Source: Candidatus Omnitrophota bacterium
GTDB lineage: Bacteria; Omnitrophota; Gorgyraeia; JABMRN01; RBG-13-46-9
Assembly (NCBI GenBank): GCA_024542975.1
Contig: JAMXCZ010000001.1
Span: forward strand, 24,141 to 88,140
Reading direction: 5' to 3'
Length of the DNA stretch: 64,000 bases
The translations under genes and the position numbers were made by a program. Shown piece after piece: positions 59,616 to 64,000 of this stretch. Every line of letters begins with the position of its first letter. Within the stretch, counting starts at the first letter, position 1. The notes under the pieces are model-generated. The model was not told the origin of the DNA and did no database searches. It saw only the letters and a list, made by a program, of their open reading frames with translations.

Positions 59616-60439
59616 TCCCATACGTTTGTTAGGCGGGCGAAGTCTTTGAGGGAGAGGGTTTCGGGGCGTGAATTTGGGTTGATTTTGGCGGACTTAAGGA
59701 AAGCTAATGTTGCGGTTTTTTTTAGGTTTTCGTCGGTCAAGGAATTTGCTATGGTTTTTCGCCTCTGGCTGTAGGCTTTTTTGATTATTCGGAACATGCG
59801 TGCTTCGTCTTTTACGCTTACCGGGTTCGTTTTGCGCATGCCAAGCTTGAGAAATGCGGATTCGACTTCCGGAGCGGGATAAAATGAATTTTTTGAGATC
59901 TTGAAAAGGATTTCCGGCCGGGTGTAATATTGAACATACAGGCTAAGTCTCCCGGTTTCCTTTGAACCCGGCCCTGCTACGATTCTTTCCGCCACCTCTT
60001 TTTGCACTACGAGATAAATCGTCTCTATGGCGGCCCTCTTGTCTATGAGTTTTTCAATTATGGGGCTGGTGATGTAATAAGGGAGATTTCCGTAAACAAC
60101 CATTTTTTTGCCACGGACTCTCCCCGCTATGTCAAAGTCCAGAAAGTCCTGTTCTAAAAGCTCGACATTGCTCGGCAGCCTCAAAGCCTCTTTGAGAATT
60201 CGGACTATAGTTCTATCCTTTTCTATCGCAAAAACCTTCCCCGCGATTTCAGCGAGGCTGCGCGTAAGCTCACCGAAACCGGCACCGATCTCGATAACTG
60301 TGTCGCCCGAATTCAGGCCCAGGTTCGCAAGAATCTTCTCCTCGATATTTTTATCGATAAGAAAGTTCTGCCCCAGCCTCTTAACCGGCCGGAACCCGTA
60401 TTCATTCCAAAGGTTCAGCAATTCCGTTTTTGTTAACAT
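59612..60439 (-). CDS. rsmA: 16S rRNA dimethyladenosine transferase
   Basis: LGQNFL, EIGAG.G, GNLPYYI, QKEVA, QRRKT. Confidence 0.96.
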   Translation of the reverse strand: MLTKTELLNLWNEYGFRPVKRLGQNFLIDKNIEEKILANLGLNSGDTVIEIGAGFGELTRSLAEIAGKVFAIEKDRTIVRILKEALRLPSNVELLEQDFLDFDIAGRVRGKKMVVYGNLPYYITSPIIEKLIDKRAAIETIYLVVQKEVAERIVAGPGSKETGRLSLYVQYYTRPEILFKISKNSFYPAPEVESAFLKLGMRKTNPVSVKDEARMFRIIKKAYSQRRKTIANSLTDENLKKTATLAFLKSAKINPNSRPETLSLKDFARLTNVWD

Positions 60440-60451
60440 ACTTTTTTTAGG

Positions 60452-61441
60452 TCACGCCAGTCGCACAGCGAGCTTTATCGCCTCGATCATTGACGAAGGG
60501 TCTGCTGTGCCCTTTCCTGCAATGTCAAATCCTGTGCCGTGATCTGGGGAGGTCCGGATGAACGGAAGTCCTATCGTAAGATTTACGCCCCTCTCAAACG
60601 CAACCATTTTCAGTGGTATCAATCCCTGGTCGTGATACATGCAGACTACAGCGTCGAATTCTTTGCGGTAGGCCTTATAGAAAAGCGTATCCGCCGGAAA
60701 GGGCCCGGATATTCCTTTTATTCGTTTGTTGAGATACGCTACGGCAGGCCGTATAACTCTGCCTTCTTCCTTTCCCAAAAGCCCGCTTTCACCGGCGTGT
60801 GGATTAAGAGAAGCGATACCGATTTTCGGGTAGCGTATTCTAAAAAATTTTTTTAGTGCATAATGGGTATTTTCTGCTGCCGTGATGATCTTCTCTTTTG
60901 ACAGCTCTCTCACGGCTTCTCCGAGCGGTAAATGCCGCGTTGCGAGGCTTACCTTCAAGGGCCCGCCTGTAAGCATCATGGTTATTTTTTTATATCCCGT
61001 AATGTCCGAAAAAAGCTCCGTATGGCCACTCCATTTATATCCTGCATTATTTATGGCCGCCTTATTTATGGGAGCGGTAACGATCGATGCTCTCCGGTCG
61101 CTCTTTACGATTACGATAGCGCGCAAAATATATTCTATCGACGCCTTGCCACTTAAGCGGTCTGCGTTATTCGATCGGAACTTTTTTTTGGCGGGGCGGG
61201 AAAAGTTATTTAAATCGATGAAATTAGCCGCACGCCCTACGGGTCTGATCAAAGAATCCGCGTCTATTTTTAACGCGCGCGCAACGTTCTGAAAAACCTC
61301 GTAGTCACCGATTACAAGCGGAATAAATTTTTTTGTGCGGGGAAGTTTTCGGAGCGCCTTTAATATTACCTCGGGGCCGATTCCTCTCGGGTCGCCACCG
61401 GTTATAACGACTAATTTCTTATCTGAATGCGATGTAGGCAT
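60452..61441 (-). CDS. pdxA: 4-hydroxythreonine-4-phosphate dehydrogenase
   Basis: GDPRGIGPE, GHTE, LNPHAGE, MYHDQGL, RTSPDHGT. Confidence 0.96.
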   Translation of the reverse strand: MPTSHSDKKLVVITGGDPRGIGPEVILKALRKLPRTKKFIPLVIGDYEVFQNVARALKIDADSLIRPVGRAANFIDLNNFSRPAKKKFRSNNADRLSGKASIEYILRAIVIVKSDRRASIVTAPINKAAINNAGYKWSGHTELFSDITGYKKITMMLTGGPLKVSLATRHLPLGEAVRELSKEKIITAAENTHYALKKFFRIRYPKIGIASLNPHAGESGLLGKEEGRVIRPAVAYLNKRIKGISGPFPADTLFYKAYRKEFDAVVCMYHDQGLIPLKMVAFERGVNLTIGLPFIRTSPDHGTGFDIAGKGTADPSSMIEAIKLAVRLA

Positions 61442-62378
61442 TTTCTTTTAGCCTGGCAATCAGATGTCCGAGTTTCACTTGCCTTTTCCTGCTGACTAAG
61501 GACTGCTCGATTCCTTCTTTTTCTTCTGCAAAGCTCTTTGTGCTTTCTTCTACCCTGTCCTCTACCCTGAACAAATGAAATCCAAGCTTCGTCTCTAAAA
61601 TACCCGAAATCTCGCCTACTTGCATATCAAACACAAGCGTGTCCATCCTTGCGATAAGCTGCCCCCTTTTGACCCAGGCCATATCGCCGCCTTTATCAGC
61701 ATAAGGCCCATCGGAATACTGTCTTGCCAAAAGTCCGAAATCGCTTCCTTCTCTTAGCCTGTATAGAATCTTTTGCGCCACCTTCAGAGCTTCGTCTCTC
61801 GTGCGATCTTTGCTTGTCTTAACGAGTATGGCCCGGAGCTTCACCTTAAGCGGCTCTTTGAACTCAGATTTATGGGTTTTGTAGTAATCCAGGATTTCAG
61901 TCGGCGAAACCGAAATCTTCCCCATAACTTCTGAATTGATAAGCTTCTCTATCCTGAGCCATTCCTTGAATCGTTTTTTTAATTCACTCAAACGCAGGTT
62001 CTCCTGTATCAGGCTAATTTCAAACTCTTCCTCGCTGGAAAAGCGCCTCCTTACCTCCCTAACCTTAGCCTCTATCTCATCGTCGGTGGCTTCGATTTTC
62101 CGCCTTTTCGCTTCGCCGAGGAGGATTTTATCGTCGACAAGCCTCTCAATCACACTACGCCTGGCCGTGTCAATTCTTTCTGCGAGTTCCTGCCCGCTAT
62201 AAATATTTCTATGCTTCGCGTAGATCGGCAAAAGTATTTTGTCGACTTCGCTCTGCGTGATAACATAGTCGTTAACAATAACGACTATCTTATCTATAAC
62301 TTCGGCATGCGTGTCGGGAACGCAACAACGAAAAAGTAGATATACCGTAAGACATAAAAATTTTGTTTTTTTCAGCAT
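61419..62378 (-). CDS. SurA-like chaperone / parvulin PPIase
   Basis: DKIVVIVN..VIT, F..LARQYS..P...GGD, GFHLF; upstream of pdxA-rsmA. Confidence 0.88.
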   Translation of the reverse strand: MLKKTKFLCLTVYLLFRCCVPDTHAEVIDKIVVIVNDYVITQSEVDKILLPIYAKHRNIYSGQELAERIDTARRSVIERLVDDKILLGEAKRRKIEATDDEIEAKVREVRRRFSSEEEFEISLIQENLRLSELKKRFKEWLRIEKLINSEVMGKISVSPTEILDYYKTHKSEFKEPLKVKLRAILVKTSKDRTRDEALKVAQKILYRLREGSDFGLLARQYSDGPYADKGGDMAWVKRGQLIARMDTLVFDMQVGEISGILETKLGFHLFRVEDRVEESTKSFAEEKEGIEQSLVSRKRQVKLGHLIARLKENAYIAFR

Positions 62379-62385
62379 GGTTATA

Positions 62386-63252
62386 TCAATTTTCTTCGGG
62401 ATTTTCGCCGGGAGATATGCTTTCTAAGAGGTTCGCATTAACGGTAATTTGTGCGTTTTCTTTAAGCCTTGAAACAAGTTTATTGAAGCGGATTTTCTTT
62501 TTAAGCCTTGACAGGGCTTGCTCAATGGAATCGCGCACTTCGACAAGCTCTTTTGCTTCGGGCTTCGTGCGTTCCGTGAGCTTAATAATGTGATACCCGA
62601 ACTTCGTCTTTACTACCCCGGATATTTCATCGACTTTCATGTCAAAACAGGCATCTTCGAATTCCGGCACCAATTGAGTTCTGGTAAAATAACCTATGTC
62701 GCCACCCGCCTCGGAAGTAGGGTCTATGGAGCGAGCGCGTGCAAGGTCTTCAAAATTCTTGCCGCTTGAAAGCTCCGCCAAAATGCTGTCCGCCTCTTCC
62801 TGGGACCTGACCAAAATATGAGATGCGCGCAGTGACTCTTGAGTCGCAAACCTGTATTTATTTGCGCTGTAATAGTCCTTTATCTCGGCCTCATCCACCA
62901 CAACCTTGTCCTCGACCTCATCCTTCAAAAGGCGAGCCATTACAATCTTTTTTTTCGCTTCCTTAAAAAGACGCCGGACTTCCTCTTTTTGGTCCAACTT
63001 TTTTGCCATGGCCTCGTTAAACAGAAGCCGGTCTACAATGAGTTCGTCAAGAAACACCCTCTGGTTCTTGCTGACAACGTCCTGATATCGCGCAGGCAAT
63101 TTGGATATTATCTCGTTGAATTCGCCCAGTGTAATCTCCTCGATCTCATTGATGGTAGCCAAGACTTTCTCATTGTTGCGTTTCGCACATCCGTTATTCA
63201 AAGCCAATACAAAAACTATTCCAACGAAAATATGTACCATTTTTATATTCAT
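62386..63252 (-). CDS. PpiC/PrsA-type parvulin PPIase (probable lipoprotein)
   Basis: ASHILV, FEDLA..SID, GGDIG, VKTKFGYHII; start at MNIKM after a GAGG SD. Confidence 0.9.
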   Translation of the reverse strand: MNIKMVHIFVGIVFVLALNNGCAKRNNEKVLATINEIEEITLGEFNEIISKLPARYQDVVSKNQRVFLDELIVDRLLFNEAMAKKLDQKEEVRRLFKEAKKKIVMARLLKDEVEDKVVVDEAEIKDYYSANKYRFATQESLRASHILVRSQEEADSILAELSSGKNFEDLARARSIDPTSEAGGDIGYFTRTQLVPEFEDACFDMKVDEISGVVKTKFGYHIIKLTERTKPEAKELVEVRDSIEQALSRLKKKIRFNKLVSRLKENAQITVNANLLESISPGENPEEN

Positions 63253-63280
63253 AGCCTCTTTTACCTCTATATTGTGGTAT

Positions 63281-63309
63281 ATATTAGCACGGATGCACCC
63301 CACGCGCAA
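63281..63309 (-). promoter_or_regulatory. Putative sigma70 promoter of the PPIase-pdxA-rsmA operon
   Basis: TTGCGC-17 nt-TAATAT with extended -10 TG. Confidence 0.45.
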
Positions 63310-63311
63310 GT

Positions 63312-64000
63312 CTAAAGACCGTCCCCTTGTTTTGGTTTTAGAGCTTCTATTGAGTCTCGGAGCAGCCTGCAATACAAGTCGAACCCTATGCTATCTATGT
63401 AGCCGTGCTGTTCCATGCCCAGAAGGTTTCCTGCGCCCCTAATTTGCAGGTCTTGCATGGCTATTTTGAAGCCTGAACCCAATTCCTGGTATTTTTTTAT
63501 GGTGCTGAGCCTTCTTTGAACGTCTCCGGTCAGGGTCCCCATGTTCCCGACAATCAGGTAGCACCACGCCCGGCGATTGAACCGGCCTACCCTGCCGCGT
63601 AGCTGGTAAAGGCCTGCCAGGCCGAACCTGTCTGCATTATTAATAAAAATGGTATTCGCATTTGGTATGTCTATTCCCGATTCGATAATCGTGGTGCAAA
63701 CTAAAATATCGATATTCCCTTTTATAAACTCGCCCATTGTGCTTTCCAGGTTCTTTTCGTTCATCTGGCCGTGAGCTACCGCAATCCTTGATTCCGGGGA
63801 CATCCTTTTTATCCGCTCGCATATCTTCTCGATGTCCTCCACCCTATTGTGGACAAAATAAATTTGCCCGCGCCTTTTTATTTCCTTTTTTATGGCCTCG
63901 CGTATAACGCGGGTATCGAATTCCGTAATATGCGTTTTCACCGGAAGGCGCTCCAAAGGAGGGGTATCGATTACGGATATATCCCGGCCTCCCATAAGGG
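63312..64000 (-). CDS. mfd: Transcription-repair coupling factor, 3' part only; ends without domain D7
   Basis: AHGQM, TTIIESGIDIPNANT, QLRGRVGR, DLQIRGAGNLLG (TRG motif), GFDLYCRLL then stop. Confidence 0.93.
   Translation of the reverse strand, partial: LMGGRDISVIDTPPLERLPVKTHITEFDTRVIREAIKKEIKRRGQIYFVHNRVEDIEKICERIKRMSPESRIAVAHGQMNEKNLESTMGEFIKGNIDILVCTTIIESGIDIPNANTIFINNADRFGLAGLYQLRGRVGRFNRRAWCYLIVGNMGTLTGDVQRRLSTIKKYQELGSGFKIAMQDLQIRGAGNLLGMEQHGYIDSIGFDLYCRLLRDSIEALKPKQGDGL

Noticed and set aside
1-64000. Numerous plus-strand ORFs of 60-290 aa in the ORF track (e.g. 8787-9557, 11235-12104, 18048-18902, 33224-34093, 41890-42657)
   Set aside because: They are antisense shadows of well-recognised minus-strand genes, with no motifs or independent signals.

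Overview
Core chromosomal region of a bacterium. EF-Tu switch-I sequence, gene order and proteome style suggest the PVC superphylum, probably Ca. Omnitrophota (inference). Nearly all genes are on the minus strand. In transcription order: mfd (partial), two SurA/PpiC chaperones, pdxA, rsmA, gatCAB, an S41 protease, tsaD, a bactofilin-HTH fusion plus a membrane-anchored HTH, polA-coaE-rho-rpmE-prfA-prmC-murA-rpsP-trmD-rplS-rnhB, a divergent fhs with apbE, tRNA-Met-tilS-ftsH-folP-cdaA-cdaR-pdxJ-acpS-nnrD, tRNA-Thr/Tyr/Gly, a ~7 kb accessory patch, tRNA-Thr-tuf-rpmG-tRNA-Trp-secE-nusG-rplKAJL-rpoBC-rpsLG-fusA-tuf and the S10/spc operons to rplO. The accessory patch splits the canonical thrU-tyrU-glyT-thrT-tuf cluster. 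It holds three small envelope genes, a dockerin-tagged subtilase (the only plus-strand gene), a LamG fragment between two palindromic elements, and an HTH-LAGLIDADG-like ORF. The best candidates for new biology are (1) that ORF, which heads the tuf operon and reads in frame through the whole tRNA-Thr(GGT) gene, and (2) the bactofilin-HTH / membrane-HTH pair, a possible cytoskeleton-DNA-membrane tether. Also notable are a D7-less Mfd, an N-domain-less PrmC, an Fhs with an altered active site, structured tRNA-trailer repeats and GGGGAC-type palindromes that form gene ends. No CRISPR array, rRNA, integrase or intact transposase was seen. All calls come from motif recognition by eye; no searches were run.
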